Assembly (NCBI GenBank): GCA_951406725.2
Contig: OX597820.1
Span: 64,604,001-64,668,000 of the forward strand
Source of the DNA: Octopus vulgaris
Taxonomy: Eukaryota
Direction of reading: 5' to 3'
Length of the DNA: 64,000 bases
The position numbers were made by a program, and so were the translations under genes. The notes beneath the pieces are model-generated. The model was not told the origin of the DNA. It saw only the letters and a program-made list of their open reading frames with translations, and made no database searches. Shown piece by piece: positions 40,953 to 56,331 of this stretch (position 1 is the stretch's first letter; each line of letters starts with the position of its first letter).

Positions 40953-42777
40953 TTGGTGTTGATTGTTAATATTTCGTTGGAGACTCTTCTTCCTTGAGTT
41001 TGTTTTGCTTGTTAGTAAATCAGTTATGAGCTTCATTTGGGAAAATTATTTCTTTGATTTGATGCACTTAGCAAAGGTAGGATCAAGGCAGAAGCCCTTG
41101 TCAGTGACATCGAATTGTTGCTGCACAATATGTACAAACATTAGTCTTTAATTGTGATATAATTCAGGCAAAGAATGAAATTAATATCGTAGTACTGAAT
41201 TCTGAATTTGGCTTCTTCAAACTTATATAACTTCCTAAAGTTCATATCTACCCTCTAAAGTCACCGATATCAAACGATAGAGGGGACTGTAGAAATTGAT
41301 TACAGCACCTGCTTCCTAATCCTGAAAACGCGATGCAGATCGTCTTCCAAATTTAGAGAAACAAAAAGTTTAATCCATGCGACTGATGTTGATAATGCGC
41401 TGATGGGAAAGCGGTCGAATATGTACATTGCATTATATTGCTGGCGATATAACAGGTTTGATGTTTATTAAATGTGGATTGTCTTTATTTCTCCATTTTT
41501 TTTACCTTTTAGGCTTTTACTTGCTTTCATAATATACCATTGGCGTTAGTTTATTGCTTGGTATAATGCAATTCGCGTTTTGTTGTATGAGACTTTCCTT
41601 AATATATTCAGATTTTCTAGCGTTGATGTATATCTGTGTCATGTCGTAGCAATTCATTTGTAGAAAATAAATCAATGTGGTACGGATTGTCTGGGGAAAG
41701 ATATTAAACTAAGTGTGGTGTGATACACCAGCCTTGGGCGGAGAAGATTTAGGGGGTTATAAATCACCGCTACTCTCAGGCTACTCTCGTTGCTGGTATT
41801 ATAGCACTTGTCAAATGCTGCACTTATGGTTCAAATAGCAGAAAATGTTCTTTTGATTAACTCATGGTGCTGGTTGTTTGGTATGTCATACGTGTATACA
41901 CCAGTTAATGGACATAGCTTAATGTCAGCTGACATTAAACTATGGCTTATTCTTAAGAACCGAATAAGCCCAGTGCCTCAGGGACATACACAGAAGCGTA
42001 GAAGACTAGGAATGCAAATCGAAAATAAACCGGTAGAAGATAAGGACTCATTGCTCTCTGATTCCCAAGAAAAGAAGCATAAATGTCCTTAATTACCATT
42101 GCATATAAAACAGGCGTATGACATTTGGAGGAAAAGAAGTAATCGATGTACCACATAGGGATGTGTATCCCTTTTTACCAATATGAAGGTCAAGCGAGTT
42201 GTGTGTGTGTAATTTGTCTATTACCTATTATACAATGCTATGTGCTTAGAGTATCATATTTCCTTCTATGTTGCTCTGCGGTTTGTTCTAACAGTTTGTT
42301 TCAATCTCTGTGAGCATGTTTGGCTTATTTTGTAGCCTTTATAAACCTTTCCATCAAAAACCTATAAGTCCTGGTAAACAAAAATGAAGAGGAATCAGAT
42401 TATCTCTCCTTATTACAATGTGGATGATATACGTGCTTACATCTCTTCGTCATAAAGCTGAGAGCGACAAACTGATGAAACACCAATGAGAAGTTTAGGA
42501 AATTCATTCTTCTATTAAAGGCTCAGGAGATCATATTTCATAATAAAATATGTATTGGGAAATATCATGGCCATTTTTGCGATGCAATGGATATGTGCAT
42601 GTGCGTGCGAGAGTATATATATATATGTATGTATGTATATATGTATGTATGCATGCATCCAACTTTGTACACACACAATCACACACACAGGCACACACAA
42701 ACACACAAACACACAAACACACACACGCATACGCACACACACACATATACACACAGAGGCACAAATACACACACACA

Positions 42778-42843
<66 letters not shown>

Positions 42844-43291
42844 TATAATATTCTTGTCAATGAATAAATTTGTTCTCAAAAGTATGGAGTAATCCTTCAG
42901 ATTAATGTAAAATTGTTTTTATTATAACATAAAAACAGCACATATTTGTGTGTGTATCTGCATACTTAGGTGTGTGTGTTTGAGTGTGTGAGTGTATGTG
43001 TGTGTGTGCGTTTTTACGTGCCTGTGTGCCTGTGTGTGTGTGTGTGTGCTTGTATGCGTCTGTGTGCGTTTGTGTGTGTTTGCGCATATATGTGGTAGGT
43101 TCCACAGACAGTAGAATTAAGGCAAGATAAGCGGATTATTAATGGTTAGCCTCCCATTCTATAAACAATAGCACTCGTTCCCACACACACACACACGCAC
43201 ACACGCACACATACACAGACTAATGACTTTAACCGGATTCATTGATGACGTATGAAGAGAAATAAGGAGAGTTGGATTTGTAAATTACTCT

Positions 43292-43343
<52 letters not shown>

Positions 43344-44141
43344 TTCCCTCACTCTCATTTCCTTATGCGTATACACACACGTCAAGAACACATCCAGGCT
43401 TGAAATCAACCGACGAAGAAATGGAAAAGAGGACTATGTATGCTTGTGCATGTGGGTATTGTGTGCTTCTGAATATCAATTTTAGAACATGTGTGATTGC
43501 ATAAAATAATTGTATGTTTTGGGAATCAATGAAACTCGAAATGTTGATTGTTTCAAAGTCAGTTCAGTGTTGAAAACGTAATATGAAAGCGGTGTACAAA
43601 CGGTAAAAGCATACAAAGTCAATGGTTTGCGAAATGAAACCTGATTTTACACTCCACTTAAAACTGACTCCGGAAAATGCATTTGCGCCTGATTTTCACA
43701 TTGAATATTCTATTTTCAAAATTTGGAACCAGCTGAAAAGAATCAAAAAAGACATTGTAAATTTAGTACAATGCCCTCTATTGCCGTGATTAGGTTATCT
43801 ACCTGTTTCTACGAACAGAAACCCAATCAATCCCACTCGTATCTTTTGGCGTTCTCCCTCTTAAAGGCATTTTCTTCAGATATCATAGATATCATTATCA
43901 AAAGCTTTCTCATTCCCAATACACAGAAATACACACCCTTTTGAAGTGAAGGAACATGCTGACCAACTGAATTAGAACTGAACGCGTGAAAAGACAGAGA
44001 AGCCAAACTGAAACAGGCCATCAGCAAGCAACATGGAGAAGAAGCACTGCTTACTGTACATCTCACTCTTCTCTTTCTCTTTCTACACACATACACATGC
44101 GCACACAAACACACACATACATGCATACATATGTGTATACA

Positions 44142-44185
<44 letters not shown>

Positions 44186-44340
44186 ACACGACATATAACT
44201 AATTCTTTACGACACAAAATATTACATTTCACACCAATACTTCGACTCAAACAATGAATCCATGGACACATCAGCACATTCCTATAACGTAGGAGTATAT
44301 TGGCTACAACAACAATAGAAGATACTCGTTCACACACACA

Positions 44341-44417
<77 letters not shown>

Positions 44418-45107
44418 GGGGTGGTGGTTATTCCTGGGATCTTTGCAAGGGACTGCGTTCACCATGGATTGGTTAATATCATAATCATTTTATATGAGAA
44501 TGCTTGTACATCTACAAATTTGTTGATATAAATATACATGTATATGAATACGAAATGCATGTTTATATTACATATATATATAAATAAATTGAATTTGGAC
44601 ATTAACTTACTAAATGTTGCGAAAAAACACTGAAGTAATGTTATCTATTTAATATCATATAATATAATTTCAGCAAGTAACCACTTGTGCAATGGAGATG
44701 AAACAATAGCAGTATTATGTGATAAAACGTGTTTGCTCAATCAGATATCTCGGTTACACAAACACATACACACACACAAACACACACACACACACACACT
44801 TACACATATATACATACATGCATACATATAAATATACACATACGTACGTACATATATGCGTACGTACGTCTGTAAACCTATATGCTAATATGTAGGTATG
44901 GTTTATATGTGTTTGGGTTTCAATTCGGATGAAGAAATTGTTACTCAGTAGAACTGTTTAGCATCAGTCTAGTTTTGGGTGGCGTGTATAAGAGGGTTGG
45001 CTGTAAAGCTCATCGGTGGACTGTGAATGTATGATCCTAGAGCGTCGCATCTTGTATACATTAACTTAAAATTTTCTTATTAATAATTATATTGTTTTTT
45101 TTCCATA

Positions 45108-45574
<467 letters not shown>

Positions 45575-45581
45575 TATACTA

Positions 45582-46714
45582 CCATATGTCTGTTCAAAGA
45601 AGTCTTCAAATGTTACTAGTAGCTAATTCTCTTGAAAATTGATATAATTTTGGTAACATGATGTTACAATAAGTACCAGCACGAAAGGGTTTATACCCCA
45701 AGCACATTCATGCTTACATGCTTGCTACACGAGGAGATGACGCTCCAGCATTAACAACAATGCAAATTGAGGCAGCTGACTTGAATATCACACAAGGTCT
45801 GGACGTCCTGCAACTGCTAAAACTAAGGAAAACATTAGTTGCGTTCACCACATGGTGATGGATAACAGGCGATTGATTATAAATCAAATGGCCAATGTTA
45901 TTAGCTAATCTTGGTAGGGAGATTATAATATTCTAGGTTTTGAACTTGGCATGGTGATGGTTTGTGCTCGGTGGTCACCACGTATCTGACATCTGATCAA
46001 AAAGGCGCTAGGCTAAACATATCAGGGGAAATATGACAGTGTTTGAGGTTTCCTTAAACGATTCCTGACCGAAGATGAGTAATAGGTTCATCATACCGAG
46101 CTAGAAGCAAAGAGACAATGCATGTAGAGGAAACACCTCGTCTTAACTGCTCCAAAGATGGAGCAGGTAAGATATGCAGGGAAAATGATGACCTCAATAT
46201 TTTGGGATGCAAAATGCATTGTGTTTATGGATTATCATCAAAGGTGTCATACCATCAATGGAAATTTGTACCCCAACAAGCTGAGGTAGTTACAAAAGGC
46301 TATTAAAACCAAAGAACCATGAAAAATAATGAAAAGTGGTATTGTTTCTTGAAGACAATGTTCGAATACATACATTCTTGGTTTCAATGGTTGCTGTGCA
46401 TTCCTGTGGCTTTGAAGTTGTCGACCACCTATCCCATTCTGATGATATGGCTCCGTCTAGCTATCATCTGTTCCCAACATGAAAAAAACATTTGGCTGGG
46501 GAACAGTATCGTAGTAATGATGAAGTCATATATGCTGTTGATGACATTTTTGTCCAACAGGATGAAAGCTTCTCCATATATAGGACCCAAGCACTGTAAC
46601 ACGGATTAAAGTAATGTGTGAATCGCAAGGGGGACTATGTTGATGAAAACCAATTTCGTCATATTCAATGAGAATATTTTGTTCAGCGTATGAACTATTC
46701 TTCCGACACTCATA
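45582..46714 (+). mobile_element. mariner (DD34D-type) transposon relic
   Basis: Frame-broken KGLYPKHIHAYMLATRGDDAPALTT, RSGRPATAKTKENI..VHHMVMDNRRL, FLTEDE..VHH, EDNV, PHSDDMAPSSYHLFPNMKK (cf. YSPDLAPSDYHLF); ends ...ccgacactcaTA. Confidence 0.88.
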
Positions 46715-47208
46715 TACATTAATTTACAAATAATTGCAATTCACAATGCCTGAATCGGCGTGTTTATAGGATCTGGCTTGATGGCTAGACACATTTTACG
46801 ATGCTACTTCAACACAGCATTTCCTCTGCTCTTGTCTGAAATGTTTTGCTATAATACTTGATATGCTTGCGCAAGCATCAGAAGTTATAGATGAATGAGA
46901 GTATTTTAAAAGGATGCTGGAAGATAAGAGAGAGAACCCCGCCTGCAGGTGTGGGTAAAGAGTATGAGAGAAAGGTAGCGCAATCAAAGATCTGATCTAA
47001 CCGGATTACAGGGTCCACAAACAATCGGCTGTACAAGGTTTTAGGAAATAAATTTCACGTTTTCTCACATCGAGATTCAAAATCCGAATCTATTATTACA
47101 CTCGTACAAAAAGCATAAACATATGCACGTACGTTTGTGTGTATCTGTATTGATATAAATGCAATATATACATACATACATACATACATACATACATACA
47201 TACATACA

Positions 47209-47240
<32 letters not shown>

Positions 47241-47244
47241 ATAA

Positions 47245-47602
47245 TTGGCCCTTTTCGTCTATGCAGACGGTCAATTTAGCTTAGAGGTTACTTAATCGAA
47301 CATAGTAGAGGCTCCCTTTCTTGCAGCTTCTTTCATGGCTGATTTTCCCTCTGATTGAAGCGCAGCTTGTCACAGTACTTGCATACCAAGTGGGTGGCTC
47401 AGTGCTCTTCATGTCTGTTGTTTTCCTTTCGCCGCTGACGCTTCTCAACTTGTTTGTTTCTGTAGCTGCTCTCTAGCGAAGCATTTCATTCCTTCACCAC
47501 CGTCCTCCATGTTGTTCTGTTCTCAGCCTTCTCTTCCCATGTGCTGACATCCACCTCACACTTGGACAAACTAGTTTTGCAAGTGTCCTTATACCTCAGT
47601 TT
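47245..47602 (-). mobile_element. RTE-clade LINE 3' end
   Basis: Minus strand KLRYKDTCKTSLSKCEVDVSTWEEKAENRTTWRTVVKE...; 3' terminus gaccgtctgcatagacgaaaagggcc. Confidence 0.8.
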
Positions 47603-48180
47603 GTCGATCTGACAAAGGCATTTGATACAGTCAGCAGATCAGGACTGTAAATAGTTCTTGGAAAATGTAGCTGTCTCCCAGTATTATTGCAGCTAATTGT
47701 TTGGTTCCATGATGATATGAAGGCCACCATTCAGTCTGAGAGTTTAATATCAGATAGCTTCAAAATGAACAGCGGAGTGAAACAAGGATGTGTCTTAGCA
47801 CCAATCCTTTCCAGCATTTACATTGCTGTATTGCTGCAGTATGCATTTCAAGCGTTGCCGAGAGATGTCTACCTTTGTTGGAGAACTGATGGGTCACCCT
47901 TTGGTTTTTTACACTTCGGGCCAAGACTAAGATCAATAGAGAAACAATAAGAGACTTTCTCTTCGCCGACGATGCTCACAGTGAATTAATTCTACATATA
48001 ACAATGGCCCACCTACCATCAGCATGCAGGACCTTCGATTTGGTCATCAGTGTAAAGAAGACAGAGTTGGCCAGGGCATGTCAGGAGAATGGATGACCAT
48101 CGAATCCCGAAGAAACTGCTTGTGGAGATTTGGCCCAGGGCAAGAGACCAAGAGGAACTCCAAAACTAAGGTATAAAGAT
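47600..48180 (+). mobile_element. RTE-clade LINE reverse transcriptase fragment, inverted relative to the adjacent 3' end
   Basis: FVDLTKAFDTVSRSGL...FHDDMKATI...SGVKQGCVLAPIL...FLFADDA...VKKTE, then a deletion, then GHVRRMDDHRIPKKLL..GKRPRGTPKLRYKD. Confidence 0.9.
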
Positions 48181-48199
48181 ATACACACATACATACATG

Positions 48200-48245
<46 letters not shown>

Positions 48246-48253
48246 CCTATATG

Positions 48254-48500
48254 TGGAGGCGCGTGGCTTAGTGGTTAGTGTGTCAGCACCATGATCGTAA
48301 GATTGTCGTTTCGATTCCTGGACCGGGAGACGCGTTGTGTTGTTCAGCAAAGCACTCCATTTCACGTTTCTCCAGTCCACTCAGCCGGCAAAAATGAGTA
48401 ACGCTGCGATGGACTGGCGTCCCATCCAGATGGGGAACACATATGCCATAGAAACCGGGATACCGGGCCCATGAACCTGGCTAGGCTTTAAAAGGGCGTA
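48254..48500 (+). mobile_element. tRNA-derived SINE related to family C with V-domain-like core
   Basis: Head ggcgcgtggcttagtggttag...ttcgattcc; core ctgcgatggactggcgtcccatccag...catagaaaccgggata resembles V-SINE central domains (from memory). Confidence 0.8.
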
Positions 48501-48563
48501 TTTAATGTATATACATATATACACACACATACATACATACATACATATATACATACATACAAA

Positions 48564-48598
<35 letters not shown>

Positions 48599-49231
48599 GT
48601 GTGTTTCTGAGTGCATACTTATATGTAGGTATGTCCGTGTGTGCATATACATATTGATAGATGTATGTATCTATGTATTGTATTACTTTACATGACTGTA
48701 TAGATATACTTCCTTATATATATGCCGTAGTCATGCAGATACATTTTCCCATTCTCTTATACATACACCAAAGACCTGTAACATTGATGTAGAGCGGTGT
48801 ATTTTTTAAACATATAAAAATATTCCATGTATGTATACAAATAAAACAAATGTATATTTTATGCATTGTATATTTGTTTCAAATGTTTGCATTCTGTTGC
48901 TTCTCTGATTATACAAATTTATATCTACACACACATGTTCACATGTGCATACGTGCACACACAGACACACACACGCACACACAAACACACACCCACCCAC
49001 ACACACACACACACACCTAATCATATACATCGATATATGCATGAAAATTAGAATAAGAAAGATTGATCAGTGTGTGTGAGTGTGCCTATGTCACTGATTG
49101 TGTGAGTGTATCTGTATGTGTATGTGTGTGTATGTGTGTGTATGTGTCTGAGTGTATGTGTGTATTTACAACACTGATCTGTACATATACACACATACAT
49201 ATATCAGCCTCTTGATCTATCTATCTGTCTG

Positions 49232-49336
<105 letters not shown>

Positions 49337-50219
49337 GAGTGTATGTTTGTGTGTGCGTGTTTATGTGTGTGCGAATGTGTATATGTGTATATATGCATGT
49401 ATGTATGTATATGTAACTGTTTGTAAATGCTATATGTAAGCATTTACTCTATCGATCGTTCAATATATCTGCATTAGCTTTTGTGCGTGTATTTATGCTG
49501 TAGTCATTTGACTAAGAAGTTCACTACGGAAGCGTAAATTCCCATTCGCTGGTTCGATCACAATGTATGAATCCTTGGTTACGTATTGTGAATGATATTA
49601 GGTACTCAGAACTTTATAGACCCTCCAGTGATCTACACTTGTGATACAAGAGCAGGTCTACTTATACGAAGTCGTGCTTATACTGCTTAATAATTACATT
49701 AATAAAAGAGTCTATAGACTTCCCAATGAAATACACCCAATTTGAAGGAGTAGCCAATTAAATTCATTGGACTAGTGTAATATTCATTGACGAAGTCGAC
49801 AAATAATTTGCTTTACATTTCCTAACACGCGCACACTCTCACGCACACGCATATACACACGCTCATATACACATACACAGAGAAACACACACAGACATCT
49901 ATAGATCTAATGTACACACACGATGTAATATATATATATATAAATTTATATACTAACGTACATAGGCACACACACACACAAACACACACACACGAACGTA
50001 CACACATATACACATCCATCCATCCATATATATATATATATATATATATACATAAACGCGCAGAAACTCATCATCTTGCTTTATATTATGCGTGTTCATA
50101 TAATTATACGAACGGCCATGAACGCAGGAATTTGTATATTTTTTTATATATGTGTATACATATATCTATACATGTATGCATACATGCGTGTGTGTATGTA
50201 TGTCGTATATATACATATA

Positions 50220-50267
<48 letters not shown>

Positions 50268-50734
50268 TATATATGTACATATATATAAGTATATATATGC
50301 ATATATATGTATATATGTGTATATGTGTGTATGTATGTGTATTTTTGTTTATGTATATGCATACATACACGTCAAGAGGGAGTAAACGTGAATTTCCTCT
50401 ATCAGGTCTCCATTCAATCGAATGTTAGAAATATGAGAATAAGAATGAGAAAGAAAAGAAAAAAAAGAGTAAAATCAGAATAGAATCTAATTAAAGTAAC
50501 ATCTGAATGTGTACGTCACTTCCGGCTATAGTTGTTTACCGCTTGACTAACAAAGGAACATTGTTAAGAACATTGTCAACAACAACAACAACATCATATA
50601 TAACAAAAGACAACAAATATATCGAGAAACAACAAATATCTCATGTGATGAAGAAAGTACCAATAACATCAAGAACATCGACATCAACTGATGCAAATAG
50701 TTAAAGAATTGCAACAAAAGCAGCAAGGACTACG

Positions 50735-50970
50735 GCGTCGTCGTCATCATCATCATCATCATCGTCATCAACAACAACAACAACAATAAAAGCAGTAACC
50801 AGAAAATCAGGAGGTGTAGTAGCTGCAGCATCATCAAGAGTAGTAGCAACAACATCATCAACCACAACAAAGACCTCAACAGCAGCAGCAGCAATAATAA
50901 TAATAGCAACAACAACAGCAGCAACAACAATAACGACAACGACAGCAAAGACATCAGCAATAATTTCGAA

Positions 50971-51066
<96 letters not shown>

Positions 51067-51069
51067 AAA

Positions 51070-51142
<73 letters not shown>

Positions 51143-51152
51143 ATTACTACTA
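50735..51152. repeat. Compound trinucleotide repeat region (CAT/CAA/CAG/ACT/GCT)
   Basis: Direct inspection; source of the spurious poly-V and poly-L ORFs. Confidence 0.9.
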
Positions 51153-52029
51153 CAGAGGATTCAGTGATAGCAACGGTGATAACTTCAGCAGAATGCACAC
51201 CAATGATACTCTTGGGAGACTCTCATAAAATAGTTTTGCTAGAAATATAATCCAAATTACTCTAAACTAGCATCCTTCTAACTTAAAATCAGGATGACAA
51301 AATCGGTAATGTAATATGTATATTCAATACAATATTAGTCTGTCAAATATATAATGATGTGATGGTCGTGGTTGGAATATTTTTGATTAATGCTGATTTG
51401 GTGATATGGAAAATGATAACGACAAGCAGAACTCAACTACCCAACGCGAAAATCTGTATGCAGGCGCTGATGCTGCTAAAAGTAACAGCTAATCTTTCCG
51501 AAACTTCACATTATGCCTTCCTGAAATACGAAGCACGCAGCATATCTGGTGTAACTCTAGGCTCTCAAACGGGAATAAATTTGCACTTCTCATGAGTTAC
51601 AAATGGATCATAAGAATAGCATTTGAGTAAACTGATGTACAATGTAATTGCATCGTTAGAATTTAGCTTACAAAAGCAATCAGTCCAGCAGCTGACTATT
51701 CTTCTTGCTTTCATACTAATAAATTATATATAAGTTATATTCAAGGCCACCATATGTAAATCAGTGATTACGTCAAGCGGTTAATGAATCTATATAACCG
51801 GTTAATGATATAGATTCATTAATCGGTTGACGTAAATGACATGCAATTTCTTACTTCTGAATGAACCAGTACCTTACCTAATTGATACATTTATGTTCTA
51901 AATATACTAAAACAGATCCTTAAATGAAGAGGTGAATTTGGGCATGAGTTCAGGGCATATGTCACAAAGTACTGCTCATGCAAAGAAAATACTCTTGGTT
52001 GAGTTTCGTGACATCTTTAAAATCAGAAT

Positions 52030-52670
52030 ACAAACTCTAACAATAACTAGAGGGAGAAGAATACTACTTATGAAAGACAAAAACAAGGGTAATACAGCTA
52101 GCAATTAGAGACCAATCGTTTGCTTGCCATTAGTGTGGAAGCTGTTAACAGGAATGCTTTCAGAAAGCATTTTCTAGCAACTTCACAGCCAGAATTTACT
52201 GACAAAAGAACAGAAAGGTTGCAGGAAGAATGCTATTATACATAGACAAAACAGTTCTAAATGAAACAAAATATAGAAGGATAAATATAACAATAGCATC
52301 GACAGATTACAAGAAATCCAACGGCATGATACAACGCTCGTAGATAAGTGAATGTTTGAGTATATTCAATATTGCAGATAGCATAAGTTAATTAATTAGC
52401 TTTAGCATGAAGAAATGGAAAGTAGAGTTCTACTCAGATGACATAGTCTTAGGGAAAGTTAATATCAAGAGGGGAATTTTCCAAAGAGACTTGTTACCCT
52501 CATAAAATGTTTGTTCCCCCTTAATCTAGTATTAATAGGAATTCAATATGAATGGAAGTTTCCACCCAAGGGCAAGAGACGAAGGATTATACATACCTAG
52601 AAAGGAAAGTAGAAGAGGGTTAATATCAGTAGAAGGTTGCGTGGAGTTAGCTAGAGTAGATATAGCATGA
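52030..52670 (+). mobile_element. R4/Dong-type non-LTR retrotransposon RT relic
   Basis: [37 protein letters not shown]...EQKGCRKN...DYKK...SMKKWKV...VNIKRGIFQRDLL...FHP, then R.LISVEGCVE. Confidence 0.85.
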
Positions 52671-53924
52671 AACAAGTTACTGAATCATCTGTAACGGGTA
52701 TTTTTCTCAAAAGAGCCGGAACAGTATCTATGAAAAAGGAGCATTAAGATTACCTTGACAATACAACAAGCTGGTATGATCTGGTATCCCCGTACAATAT
52801 CAGAAGCTAAAATAGTAAAGACATGTCCAAAAATATTTTCTGTTGTGCTCACATCATACATTATTTTGAACGCATGTGAGACGTTACATTTTGGAGAATT
52901 TTGTATTCTCATAAAGAACAATGACCACCAAAAAATATTGAAAATACTGATAGAGATAGACAATATGAAACTGAGGTTTTGCCAATGGTAACAATGAACA
53001 GATTTCTGGTGTATCGCTGCAAACTATATTTCGTTTGCTGCCGGCGGAATACTAAAAATACACTACAGCTCTGATTGCCTTCCACTTATATTGCTGGAAT
53101 ATGGTGCATCGAATAGGGGCAGTGAAATTCTTCGGTATTTCATGAGGAGCGATGCATCGATATTTCTGGCGGAGGAATTTTCAGTGGGTGACAGTCTATC
53201 GATGTGATTATAACATATAGTCTGTCAACCGAAGTTCATTGGATTTCTGATTCTATTTTCTTCTCCTCGATTAGCTCACCATCTAATGCTTCTTCTTTCC
53301 ATTGCATCTATCAATATCACATTTGTTTGCTTCATAAAACCATAAACTTCTCATACTGTGTGTTGTATACATCTTGGCATTTGCTCATATATTTTCATTT
53401 GTGTTTTGTTATATCATCTTGGCGTTCATAGCAATTTATCACACCTCTCCAGCCTCCATTTGTTGCTTAATATCGGAAGAAGACAATGAAGCAGTACAGC
53501 TGGAAGGCGAACTATCATGCCATAACCCTGCTATGCTTTGTATTAATTCAAGATTTACCTAATTCCTGAGTAAATGTACGCGCAGGCAACATATTTATAA
53601 TGATAACAAATTAGATAAATTGTGCAGAGCCAGGGCTCTTATTAGAAATGCAATGATGTGTTAATAACGTAATAACACGAATGGAAATGGCGTCAAATTG
53701 AAAATAAATTGGGATCGTAGAGGCAAAGCACTGCAAGCGGTTTGGATTCTAGGACTCTCAGCACTGCTTTTCATCATAATGTTTTGTTAGATTAGGATAC
53801 GGCCTCTCATTTGTAGAAAAAGCAACGTTAGATATTTCGACGTTCTTCATAGGTTTCCTATAACGTAATGAAAGTATAATAGCTATAAGCAGGTTCTTAA
53901 GCATTAGCAGTAAGTAGTATACAC

Positions 53925-54425
<501 letters not shown>

Positions 54426-54870
54426 TGTGATGAAAACTCACCTTATTTTACTTGGAGGATGGATAGTGTCAGCCGTGCACATCCACCAGATTGAGGTGAC
54501 ACTTGTTTACTAGTCATGCTTCAAGAACCCTTCGAAGAATACTTACCTTTCCAAGCAATACTGATTTCTGCAGGTGTTCTACCTTTACGCATGAACCAAT
54601 GTTTTTCAGCCATGTTAGTTGTTGAGTGCTGAACTTCCAAGTGCACCAATTACTATTGATATCACGTCTACTCTCCTCATTGACCACATCCAAGTTATTT
54701 CCCATTTCAAAGCATCATAGTTGTTTATTTTTTTCTTCTTCTTTCTCATCGATTCTGTTCTCACCGGGGCATGCTATTTCGATTATCAAACATGTTCTTT
54801 CTTATTTATTCACTACAACAATGTCCATTTTCCGGTGATTGGTCAGGTGAACACACTGAATCATTACATC
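54426..54870 (-). mobile_element. R4/Dong-type 3' end embedded in (TAA)n
   Basis: Minus strand ...VKVEHLQKSVLLGKVSILRRVLEA* (cf. LQKAALLGTARILRKVL); PDIVVVNK and IIEIACP resemble the PD..D endonuclease motif. Confidence 0.8.
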
Positions 54871-54889
54871 TGTTGTTGTTATTTTTATT

Positions 54890-54952
<63 letters not shown>

Positions 54953-54989
54953 GGTGTTGTTGTTGTCGTTGTTCTTATCATTATTATTA

Positions 54990-55050
<61 letters not shown>

Positions 55051-55074
55051 CATTAATATTATCATTATTATTAA

Positions 55075-55105
<31 letters not shown>

Positions 55106-55137
55106 GTTATTATTATTATTATTGTTATCATTTTTAC

Positions 55138-55188
<51 letters not shown>

Positions 55189-55570
55189 AGGCGGCGGCGA
55201 GCTGGCAGAAACGTTAGCACGCCGGGCGAAATGCTTATTGGCATTTCGTCTGTCGCTACGTTCTGAGTTCAAATTCCGCCGAGGTTGAATTTAAGTTTCA
55301 TCCTTTCTTGGTCAGTTAAATAACTACCAGTTACGCACTGGGGTCGATATAATCGACTTAATCCGATTGTCTCTCCCTGTTTGTCCTCTCTGTATTTAGC
55401 CCCTTGTGGGTAGTAAAAAAATAGGTATTTCGTCTGTCTTTACGTTCTTAGTTCAAATTCCTCCGAGGTCGACTCTGCCTTTCATCCTTTCGGGGTCCAG
55501 AAATTAAGGTCGATCCAATCGACTTGCGCCCTCCCCCAAATGTTCGGGCATTATGACTAGAGTAGAAAAG
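55189..55570 (+). mobile_element. SINE family A, dimeric form
   Basis: ggcggcggcgagctggcagaaacgttagcacgccgggcgaaatgc with two B-box/core modules. Confidence 0.9.
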
Positions 55571-55597
55571 ATTATTATTATTATCGTCGTCATCATT

Positions 55598-55662
<65 letters not shown>

Positions 55663-55679
55663 AACCATCATCATCATTA

Positions 55680-56245
55680 TGGTTCTCGCACAGTATACAA
55701 TATCGTGAGGTTGTTGATTGAAGATATTTTGTCTACCAGGGGTTTGTTCTGTTTGTCAAGTCACAACAAGTACCTCTGACCGACAGTACTTTACGCAATA
55801 TGCGTGCAGTTCCAAGTAATGCCGACTGTTGCAATATATCTAAATTGTCGGATATTTCTAATGTTTTCGGACGTTTCTTTCAGCTTGTGTGGTATTGAAC
55901 CTAATGCTCCGATGACAATAGGTGTAACTTTTAATCTTAGCGATCTCAATTCTCAGGTCTCCATATTTATCAATCTTTTCTCTTTCTTTCATGATGTGCT
56001 CACCTCTTGTCACTGCCAGATCAATTATTAGGCACTCTTGGTTGTCCCTCCCAAAGATTACCTTTTCAGGCCTTCTGGGGTCTAATTTCTTCTTGTCAGA
56101 AAATCTGAAAGTCCCTAATGTTTTTTGTCTTCCCTTTTTCGTCCATTACCTTTTCTGGTATATGTTGGTACCAAACACCCGTAACTTCATATCCATACCT
56201 ACAGCATAGTAGCTAGTCGAGGTTTTGGGCTACCTTGTCGTCCAT
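55680..56245 (-). mobile_element. R4/Dong-type endonuclease domain and 3' end
   Basis: Minus strand DKVAQN..WYQHIPEKVM..RDFQI...VTPIVIGALGSIP...LDILQQSALLGTARILRKVLS; tail runs into (GAT)n. Confidence 0.82.
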
Positions 56246-56331
56246 TTATAGGCCTCGGAAAAGGTTCAACCCAAACCAAAGGTAAGTGATTGATTCTTCT
56301 TTTCTTTCTTTCTTTCTTTCTCTCCTTCTGA

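Noticed and set aside
43827-44189. Minus-strand ORF ending ...AFKRENAKRYEWD, superficially like a neuropeptide precursor
   Set aside because: It starts in a microsatellite and has no convincing signal peptide, amidation sites or splice signals
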